Shown here: positions 30,427 to 43,390 of the stretch, in pieces | Numbering within the stretch: position 1 is the stretch's first letter | How the letters are laid out: every line of letters starts with the position of its first letter | Position numbers and translations under genes: made by a program | The notes under the pieces: model-generated | What the model was told of the DNA's origin: nothing | Database searches by the model: none | Seen by the model: the letters and a program-made list of their open reading frames with translations, nothing else | Origin: Utricularia gibba | Taxonomy: Eukaryota > Plantae > Magnoliophyta | DNA length: 64,000 nt | Direction: 5' to 3' | Assembly (NCBI GenBank): GCA_002189035.1 | Contig: NEEC01000004.1 | Coordinates: 4,588,001-4,652,000, forward strand

Positions 30427-32137
30427 ATGCTAGAAAGGGATATGCTGGCGAAAGAGTCTCTGAAATTCGACCTCCCCGATGAACTGCTGGAGGTTCTGCC
30501 AGCAGACCCTTTTGATCAACTGGATGTTGCTCGCAAGATTACATCAATTGCGCTTTCTAGGCGCGTTGATGATTTGGAATCTTTGATTTATGAACTCCGG
30601 CAGCAGCTTGCTGAACGGGATGATGTTATTTCCGGCTTGGAAGAGAAGCTGGAGTCACTCAGCACTGCAGCGCAGAAACTTACCGTTGCTCAGCAAGAGA
30701 AGGTTATAAGTTCACTTCATCGGTTGCAATTTCTTTACCTTACAAATAGGTTCATGTTTGTTTAGTTGAATTAGTTTTCTGATATTTAGGAGAAGTTGGT
30801 GCTGGAGAATGAGCAGCTCAGTACTACTGTGAAAAAGTTGAATAGAGATGTTGCCAAGGTATGGCTTTGTTAACAAATTTATGTTTTTCAAATCCATTCA
30901 AGACTACATTTGGCTCAGTGCATGATAGCTTTTCAAGTAGTTTTTGTGGGGAGCAACTTAATGTTGGATCTATGCAGTTGGAAGTGTTCAGAAAGACACT
31001 GATGAAGTCACTGCAAGAAGATGAAGATAATCCTGTAATTTTCTGAACATTCCTCCCTCTTCCATTTTCATTCCACCATACTCAACCTACTCAATGGGCT
31101 GTTCATTTCCAATTCTTGTGCAGCAGGCTGGTGCTCAAAAGTCAGCAGCTGCACGCATTGATGGTATGGAAGCTCGATGAAACTCACGACTTATACTCGG
31201 AAAGTGCACTGCCATTACCTCTAAAATCTTGATGCACTGTGATTATTTCCTTTCAGAAACTGATGCAGTGTTACCCCAAAGCCAGTTCTCCGATGGTGTA
31301 AGCAAAGAAGACACTGAAGCAGAGGGTAAGTGGTCCCTTTCCAGTCTCCTCTGTAGCCCTGTAAATGTTTTATGTCCCTCCTAAACTCTGTTTTTTTGCC
31401 TTTGACAGTCACAAGGCCACGAACGCCCCTTAAATCCCAAACAAGCACGCCTATTCTTACACCTACTGGCTCCCCGCCCAACCTCTCTCCTTTAAGGACA
31501 CCACCAAATCTATCTCCACAAAGACGTCACTCTATCTCAATATCCTCCAGGAGTTTACCCGATGACAAGTCTTTTATGGTTTCCTCTGCATCTTCAGGCA
31601 AGTGTTGTACTTCCAATGTCAATGCATCCAAGATGTAGATACTGGTCACTTTGCTGTTAGCTCCCATATTTACATCTCCTAGCTGCTCTCATCTCAGGAA
31701 AAGCCCGTGTTGATGGGAAAGAATTTTTCCGTCTCGTAAGGTAATTACCTTCCTTTTGTGTTGGAATCAGCTCCAAAGTCACATAACTTCTTCTTCCCTA
31801 CTTTCAGTATAATGCAGCATCCTGATCTTGCGTATCCCCGATTCCTTGTTTATTTCTCCAGAACTCGACTTTCCTACGAGAAGTTTGGAGAGTTTCTGAA
31901 CAATGTCAAGGATCTGAACTCCCACAAACAAACAAAGGAGGTAACCACATATGCTTTTATACTGAAGAACACTCCCCCCCCCCTTGTTCGTTCCCAACTT
32001 GAATCTTTCTTCTGTTTCTGTGCTCTGCTTTCAATGGCACACAGGAAACTTTAAGGAAGACTGATGAAATACTTGGCCCTGAGAACAAGGACCTCTACAC
32101 TGTTTTCGAGAGCTTAATCCTGCGTAATCTTCAATAA
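30427..32137 (+). CDS. Uncharacterised coiled-coil protein, At4g15545-like, about 9 exons including one GC-AG intron
   Basis: FDLPDELLEVLPADPFDQLDVARKITSIALS, LEVFRKTLMKSLQED, Pro/Ser/Thr-rich linker, C-terminal GKARVDGKEFFRLVRTRLSYEKFGEFLNNVKDLNSHKQTKEETL...NKDLY. The start may be ATG 30442. Confidence 0.9.
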
Positions 32138-33125
32138 GAACAGCCACAAAGAAAATGTGATGATACAGGCTGCAACAAGTGGCTGCTGGTTTGGTAGAGC
32201 TTCCCACGGTTTGCATTCCCTTGTAAAAAGTACGTTTCCAATTCTATTGAGAGTTGTATGATGCTGTCTGTTGCATCGTTTCTTTTGGATTAATTATATT
32301 TATATTGGATTGATTTATAATTTGAAGTAATGTATCAAATTATATAGAATATGATCAGTTTTTAGATCATGTAATTACAATTAATTTTGAATTTGTAAAA
32401 TTGTTTTGTATAATAATGTAAAAATAAAATTATATTATAAATTTTAATAAAATAAAATATATTTTATAAAATTTTATACAAATTATTATATAATTTAATA
32501 TTATGATATAAATATATTTTAAAAGTAAATAAAAATTAAATAATACAATTTATTAATTATATTTTATTTAATCACTAAAATATGAATTCAAAAAATTCAT
32601 TAATTTTAAAATTACTATACCTTCTAAATTTGTATTATAAAATAATTAAATATTAAAATCTTTAAAAATAAATAAACTATTTCAAAAAAAATTATTAATA
32701 CAGAACAGCCCTATGGTATATTTTCATAAATTCATTTGTGTTATTTGGAATAAAATAAAAAGATGTTAGAATTTTTAACATTGAAAAAAAGATGAAAATG
32801 TCATATTTAACCTTTTAATATGGAAAATTTGTATAAAAAAATGTTTTAGTACCAGATGTTTGATAGAATTATTTTTTAAAAAAAATTAAGAAATTAAATA
32901 TGGAAAAGGTTGAATAAATAAATATTCAAGATTTTAAATAAGTGAAGTAAATGCTGATGTGGGGTCCAGATGGGCTCATTTTTAAAAAAGAGCATCATCA
33001 TCAAAATAGGCGTGCGGCGTCGTTTCATTGTTTATAGTCATCATTAGCTAATATCCGTACCTCTGCCCCGGGTTTTGCATTTGACTTTTCGAAACTCCAG
33101 AAGAAAATCGGGAAGTTTTAGCGTG

Positions 33126-34787
33126 ATGATCAGGTTTGCATCTGTGTTCTTGTTACTAGCCGCATGGATCGGGAGCAGATGTTGTTCTAGTTTCGTAATC
33201 AATCCATCCAAAGTTAAAGCGATCTCTTGGAGACCCAGGTGAATGCAAACTCTTTGTTTGTGTTCGCAATTTTTTCGTCTTGATGATTGGGGGTTTGAGA
33301 AGTTTCAGTATTTGTGGATGAGGTGTTGATGATCACTTTTTCTTTCTTTCGGTTGTTGCATTGCAGAGCTTTTGTGTATGAAGGTTTTCTAACTGATGAA
33401 GAATGCGACCACTTGATCTCCCTGGTATGCTTTGGGCCTACATTTGTGATTTTGATGTAAATCGAATACCCATATGTTCAATTCTTGATGGGATTAACAA
33501 ACTTGGAAATTTGAGAACCTATGGTCGTACAATAAGGCTAATCTCATAGTTGTTAAATTGATTTATTGGAACTTAGGCAAAAGAAGAGCTGAAAAGGTCA
33601 GCTGTGGTGGATGACAACTCTGGACAGAGCCTGGTCGATGAGACTCGGACGAGCTCCGGCATGTTCATCCCTAAAGGGAAGGTTGTATACATCTCTTTTG
33701 TTCTTAACTGATGGCTCTTGTATGTGTAACTGTTTGTATTTTTTTTTTTTTTTATCTCTTGCTTAATAGGATCCTATTGTTGCCGGCATAGAAGAGAAGA
33801 TTGCTACATGGACCTTTTTACCTATAGGTTACTCTAATAAGAACTGATAGATGAAATTTTCCTGTAAATAATTTTTTTCCATTTCTTTTCGTAAGGCGAA
33901 TTTTGGTAGTCATTTTGACATTTTTAATCCCTCTCTCCTGAGAGGGACTATTTCCATAAGCTCCAGTGGCAGATTTATTTTCCTTCTGCATGTATAGAAA
34001 ATGGTGAAGATATACAAGTGCTGCGGTATGAGCGTGGAGAGAAATATGATACTCACTTCGATTACTTTGCCGATCCGGGAAACATAGCTCGTGGTGGTCA
34101 TAGGTTAGCCACTGTGCTGATGTATCTCAGTGATGTTCAAAAAGGAGGTGAAACTGTGTTTCCATCAGCAGAGGTTAGTTTATCCGCTTGCTCCACTATG
34201 AAATTTATGCTTTCCTTCAGTACCAGACTAGGTGGAAAAATAAAATAAAAAAAAAACATGGAGGAAGAAGCTGAGCACCTATTGAATCATTCCATGTTTA
34301 ATTGGTTTGATCCCTCTGAAAATCATGCAGGAGTCACCTCGTCGTCGGTCTGTTTCGGCGGTAGAAAACTTCTCGGAGTGTGGAAGGCAAGGTCCTGCAG
34401 GTGGATCACTACCCATATCAGCAACTGTATGTTAAAGCCATTGCCCCTTAGATGTGTTTTAACCTTGTTTTCTATTTCAATTTTTTAGTGAAGCCACGGA
34501 AAGGGAATGCGCTTCTTTTCTTCAGTCTGTATCCAGATGCAATTCCAGATCAAGCCAGCCTTCATGCTGGCTGCCCTGTTGATGAAGGTGAGAAGTGGTC
34601 TGCAACCAAGTGGATCCATGTAGATTCCTTCAGCAAAATCATCGGCCTAGCTGACGGGAACTGCATAGATAAAGATGAGAACTGTGAAAAATGGGCTGCA
34701 CTTGGGGAATGCACCAAGAATCCAGAGTACATGGTTGGTTCTTCAGATCTTCCAGGCTACTGCAAGAAGAGTTGCAAGATGTGCTGA
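33126..34787 (+). CDS. P4H2/P4H4: Prolyl 4-hydroxylase with signal peptide and C-terminal ShKT-like Cys-rich domain, 7 exons
   Basis: INPSKVKAISWRPRAFVYEGFL, RTSSGMF, QVLRYERGEKYDTHFDYF (HxD), GGETVFP, SLHAGCPV, KWSATKWIH, then CIDKDENCEKWAALGECTKNPEYM...CKKSCKMC. Confidence 0.94.
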
Positions 34788-35186
34788 AAACCGCCGCCTT
34801 TTTTTCACTCCTTTCGAAGACGAAATCCTTACCACTAGCTACTGTTTCTCCTTTGCTTTCTCCTGATTCTGTAACGGAATATACTTTGTAAAATCGTGAC
34901 AATCGACACACATACCGTGTATCTTTCTCACATCGAGTTAGTCATTGTTTTCAAATTTCTTAGAACTTGCTTGTGTCACATACAATCATAACCTTCAATG
35001 AATTTGATGAATCGTTCTCTAGAGACCAAAAAAACACCCATCTCCACATTGGCATACTCTAATTTGCAAGAATGTGTTATAACCAATCAGGACATATGTG
35101 ATACGCTTTCTGTTCACTTCATTTTCCAGCTACAACTTCAGATGGCATTCAATTTACAAATGAGGAGGGCCATGAGATGAGTCACT

Positions 35187-38100
35187 CTATGAAATGCCAA
35201 ACATGCATCTTCGTATAGTCACTGCAATGAGGCTCACACTGTGGGGGTGGAAGATGAGCATGCATGCTCCGACACAGAGAAAAAGGGCAGTCATGGCTGT
35301 GAGAGACCGTGCAGTTAGCAAACTTGGTGTTAGTGCCAGTCTGAGATGTCTCCAAGTTCTAGAGTTATCATGATTGACTTTCATTTCGACGTCTGCTGCT
35401 AGCAGGGGGACACTTGAACACGAATCCTGAGATTCTGAGATCTCCCTGGCCATGTTCATATCCTTGACTGTTTCCTGTAAAAACAGGGCCAAGCACAACC
35501 ATATGCATTATACCACAGCTTCATTTGGTCTGGAACAACCCTCTGTAATTCAACAGTTTTGATGGAGACATACCGTATTTGTTGCAGGAGCCAAGAGTTG
35601 ATCAGGCATCTGTGAACACGGGAAGTAGAATTTTCCCTTTGAAAGAAGAAGCATGCGTTCTGCATGTCTAATGTTTTTGTGCAATGCGCTCATATCAGTC
35701 AAGGAGACCCCATTACCTGAATACTTGCTAAGAGCAGATGATAAGGAACCCAATACTCTCTCCAAAACCGCAGAAGACTCCTTCTCTATTAAAAATTTTA
35801 GTAAAGAGTTGAATCTTGGAACATCCGATGCTGTCAATGGTTTATCTCTTTCTGGTTTTACCAACCACGCCACATCTAAAAGAAGCTCAGAGATCCGAGC
35901 CTGTCTTGATGTCATGATATTACATGAAAGGCATGGTTTCTTTTTGCCTGCGAATGGGGAGATGTCCAAGTCCTGTATAAGGAGTTGCATCTCAGCACTA
36001 GTTTGTCTGTCAGCAACAAGAATTGGGACGAAGTTGGATAATCCCAACTGGTTTTCAACCTGCAGAGGAAAAGTAGGAGCAAGTTTTATGGTTTTTGGTT
36101 CTTCCCCTTCAGGATTGATGTCGTAAGAGATAAGATATCCTGGCCAACTTACCTCTACAAAGGCAGGGCCAACAAGATTTTCATCAGTCAGGGGAGCAAC
36201 GATCTTCACCAGCTGATGATCAAAACTTGGGGTAAATATTTCCATGCAACATCGAGAAGGCACTGAAATATTGTATGCCAGGTACCGCCCAGAAAATGAG
36301 ATGAGGAAACTGGAAGTAGCACAAAAGATGACAAAGATCCAGAAGTTATTTCCATTCTCAGTAACTTCAAAAGAAATCAATATTTTACCGGAGATTAGAT
36401 TGAAGCAAGTTGCTCCCACAGGCAACAAACTCAATGGGCCTGCCAGCCACAAAGCATGTTGGATGCACATAATGGAGCCTTGGACAACAATCTTTTACCT
36501 TTACCTTCACAAGTGCTTTCCTGTCTGAGATTAGGCAATAGTACAAATTCAGTTCAGAAGTTAGCTGAACAAATTGGAAAACTTTTAAGATGGGATGCCC
36601 ATTAACCTTTTGTTACACGAAAGGCTGTGTCATTCATATAAATAAGCATTGAACCCCTTTGGTATAACTCATTACTGGGAGAGGAGAGGAGAATTCTTAT
36701 ATTTAAAATTGGATCATCCAACACCTGTTTTGCCAACCAAATTCATGCAGTAAGTAATTAGGACTGATTAATAATGAGATTTATGAAAAGTGCATTCCAT
36801 TTTCAAAATTATGGTTGCTGTACAAGCGCAACAAGAGGATGAGGACACTGAGAGGATATGCTTTGCTTTTACTCAGTCCTTAAAAGAAGCAATGTTTGGA
36901 CCTACCTTACGCCATATAGGCCTTGGAATTGCAACAAACGCAGTTAAAATAGTACAGCCAGGCCGAATATATCCCTCCAATTCAACAGGCATGCTTTTCA
37001 ACCATTCAAATATCTATCAATCATATGCAATTAGCAGCATATAATCAGCATACCAATAAGTAACATCATACATATCCCCATCAGCTATATGGTAAATGCA
37101 AATAATATTAGCTAGCGAAATATTACCTGAAGTCGAAGTCGCCTGGGAAACTCTGCTGGATTCCAGTCATAAAGCTTGAATGAGATACGAGCAGTAGGGC
37201 ACTGTGAGGATAAGTAGCAGGTCAGAAAAAAAAAACTTCGAAGGTTCCTTGAACAACGGGCAAAGAGGACAGCAATACTTGAATGTCTTAACTGCAGAAG
37301 AAAATGCATTCTTGTTTTCTCCAGAGGATGGGGAGCTTCTTTGTATTGAATCCTGTTTTTGTACATCAGCATTGATTTCATCGGATTGCTGCCTTTGCAA
37401 ACCCAAGGATGGACATGTCTCATGTCCTTCTGATTCCAATGATGGCCCCCCTTCTTCCATCCGACTGCTGACACCAACCCCATCTGTGGTAATAAACGAC
37501 CATGTGAGATGGACTACAACCTTAAGCACAGGATGAGTGTTTTTCATAGGTTTAAGAATAAACAGGGAACTTCTTCAAACATTATTCCTTGACAGTCAGT
37601 GAACTATACCTTTTCCAGAATCACCATCTCCACTGACATGATCTTCCAAGTTTATCTGTTGAGCTTCTTTACCCAGGGACTGTTTAGAGTCATCCGATTT
37701 CCTTCGTCGTCTATTGTTATGCCGTTCTAATTTCCTTCGGCAGCTACGCTTTCCTTCATCAAAATCTGGCAATGGATGGAACCTGATAGAACGTTTTTTC
37801 TCAAGTACTTTCATTTCTTCTAGTAGATTTCTCAACACTAACTATTCCAGCATTCATCTAACCAGAAAACTTAATGCAGTTCTAACCATTTGATCTCAAA
37901 AGGAAGCCGGATATTCGTTGGCAGAATCAAACAGACATTTACTGTGCTTCTAGTAAGAAAACTGTTACACACAAAACAAAGGAAAGGAACTTACTTTCCA
38001 CATTGTTGACAGTATCTCTTCTGTTCCCCATCAATTTCCACCGAGATCGCATTGGCGCAGCTCAAGCACACGCGATGCCTTCTATGGTACCCTTTGAGCT

Positions 38101-38557
38101 CAGTAATGTCCGCCTCACATCTCGAAACTTGGCATTGAATCGACCGCCCACAGACATCTTTTCTCACTGTCCTCGCTCTCTTCTTCCCTGGAAGCGCTGC
38201 CTCCTCCTCCGCTGCCGTCTTCTCGTCCATATCAGGACACACGCACGGCACGCGCCCCTTCAAGAAATTGGGGCACAACAGTCTTGGGTCCCTCTTCCTA
38301 ATCCGGGCCACGTTCTCCAGCGATGAAGTATGAAAAACTCTCGGTTCTGCTCCTGAATCAGCCACAGTTTCCGCCTCCGGAAAAGGGATAGCGAAAGTCT
38401 CATCCACGTCGAAGTCCAGTAAATCCGACCAGTCGAAGCTGGAACTGACGCCACTTGGAGAAATATTCGCCAGCCCGGGGACTTCAATGGCAGCCATTTC
38501 TGTTCCAAGTTCTAGGTAAGATGGGGCTGGGATCGGGGAATGATTATTCTGATGCAT
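35187..38557 (-). CDS. SPL7: SQUAMOSA promoter-binding-like protein 7 (copper-deficiency master regulator), about 9 exons
   Basis: IRKRDPRLLCPNFLKGRVPCVC; SBP domain with the SPL7-type C4 first finger CQVSRCEADITELKGYHRRHRVCLSC; CQQCGK|FH..DFDEGKRSCRRKLERHN; RISFKLYDWNPAEFPRRLR; ELEGYIRPGC; C-terminal TM helix. The start may be ATG 38497. Confidence 0.95.
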
Positions 38558-39208
38558 TCTGTGAAGCTTCTCACGTGTACAGAGTGCGCTACTTTCTCCA
38601 GAGGCTGCAAACCCTCTAAAAAAACAACAGCGACTATTCGCCGGAGGAGAAGTTCATCCTCCCGTGAACGTCGGAGAAATAATCGTCACGGTGGCGCGTA
38701 AGCGGCCGTGGAAATGATGATTGGATAAGCATCGAATTCATTGACCTTTGGGCCATTTGTCTTTTCCTTGCCATTGTTGCATCATAATATAAATTCTATT
38801 ATTTTTAATAATATAAAAAACAATTTTGGAATTTCTGGTTGGGCAGATCCACCTAACGAAACTAGGAGTTGAGTGGTAAGTTGTACGTTGTGTGCACGCC
38901 ACGTGATGCTGAAAGCACCCAAGGCAACAAAAGTTCATGAAATCTCAGTTTGACCCCACTACTTAATAAAATTGCACTCACGCCAACAGACTTCAAGAAA
39001 TATCTTTTTTTTGCCTATAAAGTTCTGGAAATTGCAGGAAATTGTATCCTTGAAGAGGGGGCTTCCAGCACTCCCGCCACTTGACCGGGTGTTCCTTCGC
39101 GTTTCAGTCGCCACAAGATCTTGATTTTGAGTTCCTTCAGAGAGAGAAGAAAGTATTGGTCGGTTTGTAGATTGTGGGATCTGATTCTGTTTTCTTGTGC
39201 CGGAAGAT

Positions 39209-41339
39209 ATGCATTACTCTGAAGAAGGGGAGTCAGGAGGCGATTCAGCAGCGGCGACGCCGAGCGCATCGCAGGTTAGGGAATACTCGCGACTGAAAAG
39301 AAGCTGAATCATGATTCGTTGTCGTTGCTTTCCCTTTTTTTAGTTCACCTTCGTGGTGCTTTTCGCATCAAGATTGCGGATTGGTCATCGACTTTTCGTC
39401 TAAACTTGTGATCATGATGATTGTACGGATTTATCTGAATAGAGAACACTTTCTAAGCGTAGCTGTTAGGAGCAAAGACAAATAGATCAGCTGATCTTTG
39501 AGTTGTCCCTGATGCATTTTCTTTTGTTCACAAGCTCATAGGCAAGTAAATTTACACAGGATAGAGGAGAGTCTAGCGGTAGTAAGGGTGCAGTTCCCGG
39601 ACCCAACCAGAAGCGTGATCTAGCACTGAACGTGCCTGTAAGATCCACAGGCTACTCAAGAAGTCGTAGTGGGAATAGTTCGTTGCATTCCCTAGTCTTC
39701 TGAATGCGGGGCTTTCTCCATCAGGTTTCATTCGAGCATTCAGCTTTAAAAAGTCAGCAGGTGGTGGATCAGATGGAGAATATAGGTCCCTTCTCAACCG
39801 TGTCTCGGAGACAGGGCCAGAAGGTGCTAAAATCCCCACAACTTCATTGGACAAGGAAGGGAAAAAGTCAGCTTCCCTTCCGGTGACTCCAGCACCGACC
39901 ATGCCCTCATCTCAGAGCCACCCACCAGCCAGGACAGTCAGTGAAAGGGAAAGATCAACTGTAATTGCCGGTTATGTTTTGATCTCTTCTGGTCAGTATC
40001 CAGTGGAGATTTAACTGATATTGCTCAGCTTTTGTCTTGCAGGCTAGTGCACCTAGAGACACACTTGGAAGGTCATTATCTGTACCTGAAAGGAGTCAAT
40101 TGATCCTTCGGTCATTGTCCTTAACTGCACGTACTCCAGTTCCAGAAATCAATGCTGGTATGCTTGATAGGCATGCTCTTCATCTGTTTCTTGCATTGTC
40201 CTCAGTTATTACCAATCTGTACTGCTCATCTATACCCCATTCTTCTTCTGAGTGCAACTGAGATGAATAAGCTTTGCTGCTAGAAGATTAATCTTTTCTA
40301 ATTTGTTTCTGGCATCCTAGAGCAAAAGACCCCGGATCTGGCTCCTGATGACCAGGAGATTTCTGAGGAGGAAGCTGTATGCAGAATATGTCTTGATACG
40401 TGTGAAGAACGAGATACCCTAAAGATGGAGTGTTTATGTAAAGGAGCACTAAAGCTGGTGCATGAAGACTGTGCTATTAAATGGTTTAGCATAAAAGGTA
40501 ATAGGGTTTGTGAAGTATGTGGTCAAGAAGTCGCAAATTTACCTGTGGCATTGCTCAGAATAACCAGTGTTGACCAAATGAGCAACCGAGGACCAATCGG
40601 AACAAATTCAATGAGGTGATATGTAAAGTCCTTACACTTAGTGAGCTCACTGCCCACCTTTCTTTTCCCCACAATCCATGACTTTGTGTGACATCTTCAT
40701 TTAGCCCATGGCAAGATTTTGTGGTGCTGGTATTGATCACTTCCATATGCTTTTTCTTCTACCTTGAGCAGCTACTGGTAGGATTTCTTTGTCACTTGAT
40801 GCTGAAACTCTCAGTTTCTTCTTCACAATTTGAAAGCTTTCAACAAATGCTTCTGCTGCCTGTAGATTGGCGACATGAGAGATCAGACAATAATAATTGC
40901 TGCTCCATTTTCTTTCACACTTGGCCTCACGACTACCATTTTTGCGGTCATCTTAGGTACATATTGGCACTTCAGATTGGGAGCTGCTTCAAGTGTTCAT
41001 GCTTCTTGATAAGTTCTTTTTTTTTTTTTGTTGCAGCAACAAGAGACTACACTTGGACTTATGCTGCTCTGGAGTTTATGCTTGTGGCTTTCACCCTCCA
41101 TATTTTCTACACAATGGTGAGCTACTCGCAACTGATTCTTCCGATTTCAATGAATGCCATCCGACCACGTATTGTTGAATTGCAACCTTGATTGGTGTCT
41201 CTGGCAGCTCCACTTTCCTCCAATTTATGCAATCCTGACTGCATCCTTCCTGGGGCTTGGACTGGCTATGGCTCTCAACTTTGTATACCTGAGAGTGTTC
41301 CCCTGGCGGGCAGCACAGGCCTCCGATCCTCCTGTGTGA
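39209..41339 (+). CDS. RING-variant (RINGv/RING-CH, MARCH-like) membrane E3 ligase; apparent -1 frameshift at 39690-39692
   Basis: SLPVTP and RSLSVP motifs; C4HC3 [52 protein letters not shown]; C-terminal TM region [10 protein letters not shown]..., WTYAALEF. Confidence 0.88.
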
Positions 41340-41610
41340 TTCTGGTTAGCAACAAACCCTACGAACACCAACTGCACAGTGCATTTCTTTTGAGGAAAGT
41401 GATCGTGCTATAATAGGCTTTCAAGTTTCAGTTACCACATTCATAGCAGAGTACCATCCATTAAACAACAGAATCCTGAAGCACAATGGCATGAAGCCGG
41501 CTGTAGTAACAAAGCCTTTATTTTAAGTCGTTGGCTTAAATAAGCTTTAGATGCATAACACCCCAAACCAACCATCACCCATGATATGCGTTGTGCAGTG
41601 CCGGTTTTCC

Positions 41611-42772
41611 TCAACCCTGAAGCCCAATCACACCTGCAATGAACAATGTACCAGATTTCATTGCTCAAGTGTATGTTGGAAGATCATTAGCCTATTTGTG
41701 AGGAGATAACTAGCTCTCACTCACCACAGGCGACGCGGCCACCCGCATTTCCAGTAGTTTTGCTCAGCTCATATCCACCTGAATTTTGATGAGAAACTTT
41801 AGCGATTTCACCTCAAAAGCTTATGAGCGATGGATCAGATGGATATTGTAGTCTCCTTTTTATATGCTACATGTCTATACAATCTCATTATTTTGTTCGA
41901 TAGGATTCTATGCATGTATCATGTTGTTACAATAACCTCAAGATATTCTTGCTCAAAGTTTGCAACGTACCCTTTCCAAGATCATCAGGATCAGCATGAA
42001 CAACTACTGCTCTGCCAATGATAGAATTCGGTCCAATAAGTGGGATCTGCAAACGGAAATTAAAAAAAAAAATCAATATAAATTGTACTGGAGCAACCAC
42101 AGGAGCTCCAAACAGAATTGATGGATACCTGGCTGTCAAGAATGGTGAAGGAAGCAGTGCCTGGAAACGACGAGAGAGAGGAGCGCTTATCATGCTTTGT
42201 ATTAATAATGCCAACCAAAGTACCAAGTAAATGCTAATGTTTTTCTTTTATAATGTTCCATTCATTCATCAAAGAGAAAACATTTCTCACAGGTAGGAGA
42301 CATCGAAGTTAGTAACCACAAAAGAAATTAAGTTACCATCTTCTCCAACGGTGACATTCCCTAGATCACCAGCATGGCGAATGTCATCCTCGGGTGCACC
42401 ATGTTCCTTACCATGAGGATTGAAGTGTGGCCCTTCAGTTACACACAGTCAAATGTCAAATAAACGTAATAACATAGAATCATTGATATTGAAACTACGA
42501 ATTACCTGTAGACAGGCAACCATTGGTGGTGTCACCCAAGGCATGCACATGGAAGCCATGGAGTCCAGGTTTCAGACCAGAGAGGTTTCCAGTAACAGTA
42601 GTCGGACCTGAAATGCCAAAAGGAACAGTTTTTAAATTATTACACGTACCAACCCTCCAAACAGAAGGATGAGTTTCGTGCAACACAGAAAAATACCATC
42701 TCCTTCCTGAGTGAAAAAGACGGTGCCAGCTACACCCTCGTTGCTGGTAAGCACCACCACTGCCTTCACCAT
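41611..42772 (-). CDS. CSD1: Cytosolic Cu/Zn superoxide dismutase, 7 coding exons plus a non-coding first exon ending at 43174
   Basis: [74 protein letters not shown]. All Cu/Zn ligand His/Asp residues are present and there is no transit peptide. Confidence 0.97.
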
Positions 42773-42779
42773 CGTTAGT

Positions 42780-43188
42780 TATGATCTATGCAATTCCAAA
42801 CGGAAAAAAAAATCTATCAACACTCTTTTTAAAAAAAAAAAACTTAAAATCCACTTAGCTACTAACTGAAAATCTTACTTCAGCAATTATCAGTTTCAAA
42901 AATTACCAGTCAGCCAAAAAAGGGAAGAAAACAACGCAAAATTCAGGAAGCACCACGGTCCAACACAACACAAACCACTCAAACAAAGATCCACCAGTCT
43001 CATCCTCTATCCATATAATCACAATCTTCACCATTTCGGACTCAAATAGTCTAGAAAGCAAGTGATGTACCACGATTTAGCATCAGATAAAACACTACCT
43101 CCAGTCAAAACTTAGGCAGATTTCATTTTCAAGATCAGATCGAGAAAATGAGTAATAAATACAGGTATTTCACCTCAGAGCACCCCCG
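42780..43188 (-). promoter_or_regulatory. miR398-type target site split by the CSD1 5'UTR intron
   Basis: Exon 1 end (43188-43174) CGGGGGUGCUCUGAG joins exon 2 start (42785-42780) AUCAUA. The joined 21-mer is compared with the complement of miR398b, CAGGGGUGACCUGAGAACACA (recalled). Confidence 0.8.
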
Positions 43189-43286
43189 CACGGACGAGCT
43201 AAGAAGCGGAAGGAAGATTCCAGAGACCGAGACCGAGTGTGGCTTGAGAGAAGCAGGGCAGGTGGCAGACAAGTATAAAAGCAAAA

Positions 43287-43390
43287 ATTTATAAGGGTAG
43301 ATGTGAAATGTCGGTTATGCACCCAAGATTCCATCAAACCAGGAATTTGTGCAACCACGCGCCGGATTGGGCTTTTGTGGGCCCAGCCCA
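43287..43390. promoter_or_regulatory. CSD1 TATA box and site II (TGGGCY) cluster in a divergent CSD1/PPR promoter
   Basis: TATAAAT on the minus strand at 43293-43287. TGGGCT, TGGGCC and AGCCCA lie within about 43369-43390. Confidence 0.55.

Noticed and set aside
41770-41790. CSD1 GGYELS instead of the usual GGHELS
   Set aside because: That His is not a metal ligand, and all Cu/Zn ligands are intact.
36500-43300. GTAC copper-response element clusters near SPL7/CSD1
   Set aside because: Only scattered GTAC tetramers at background frequency.
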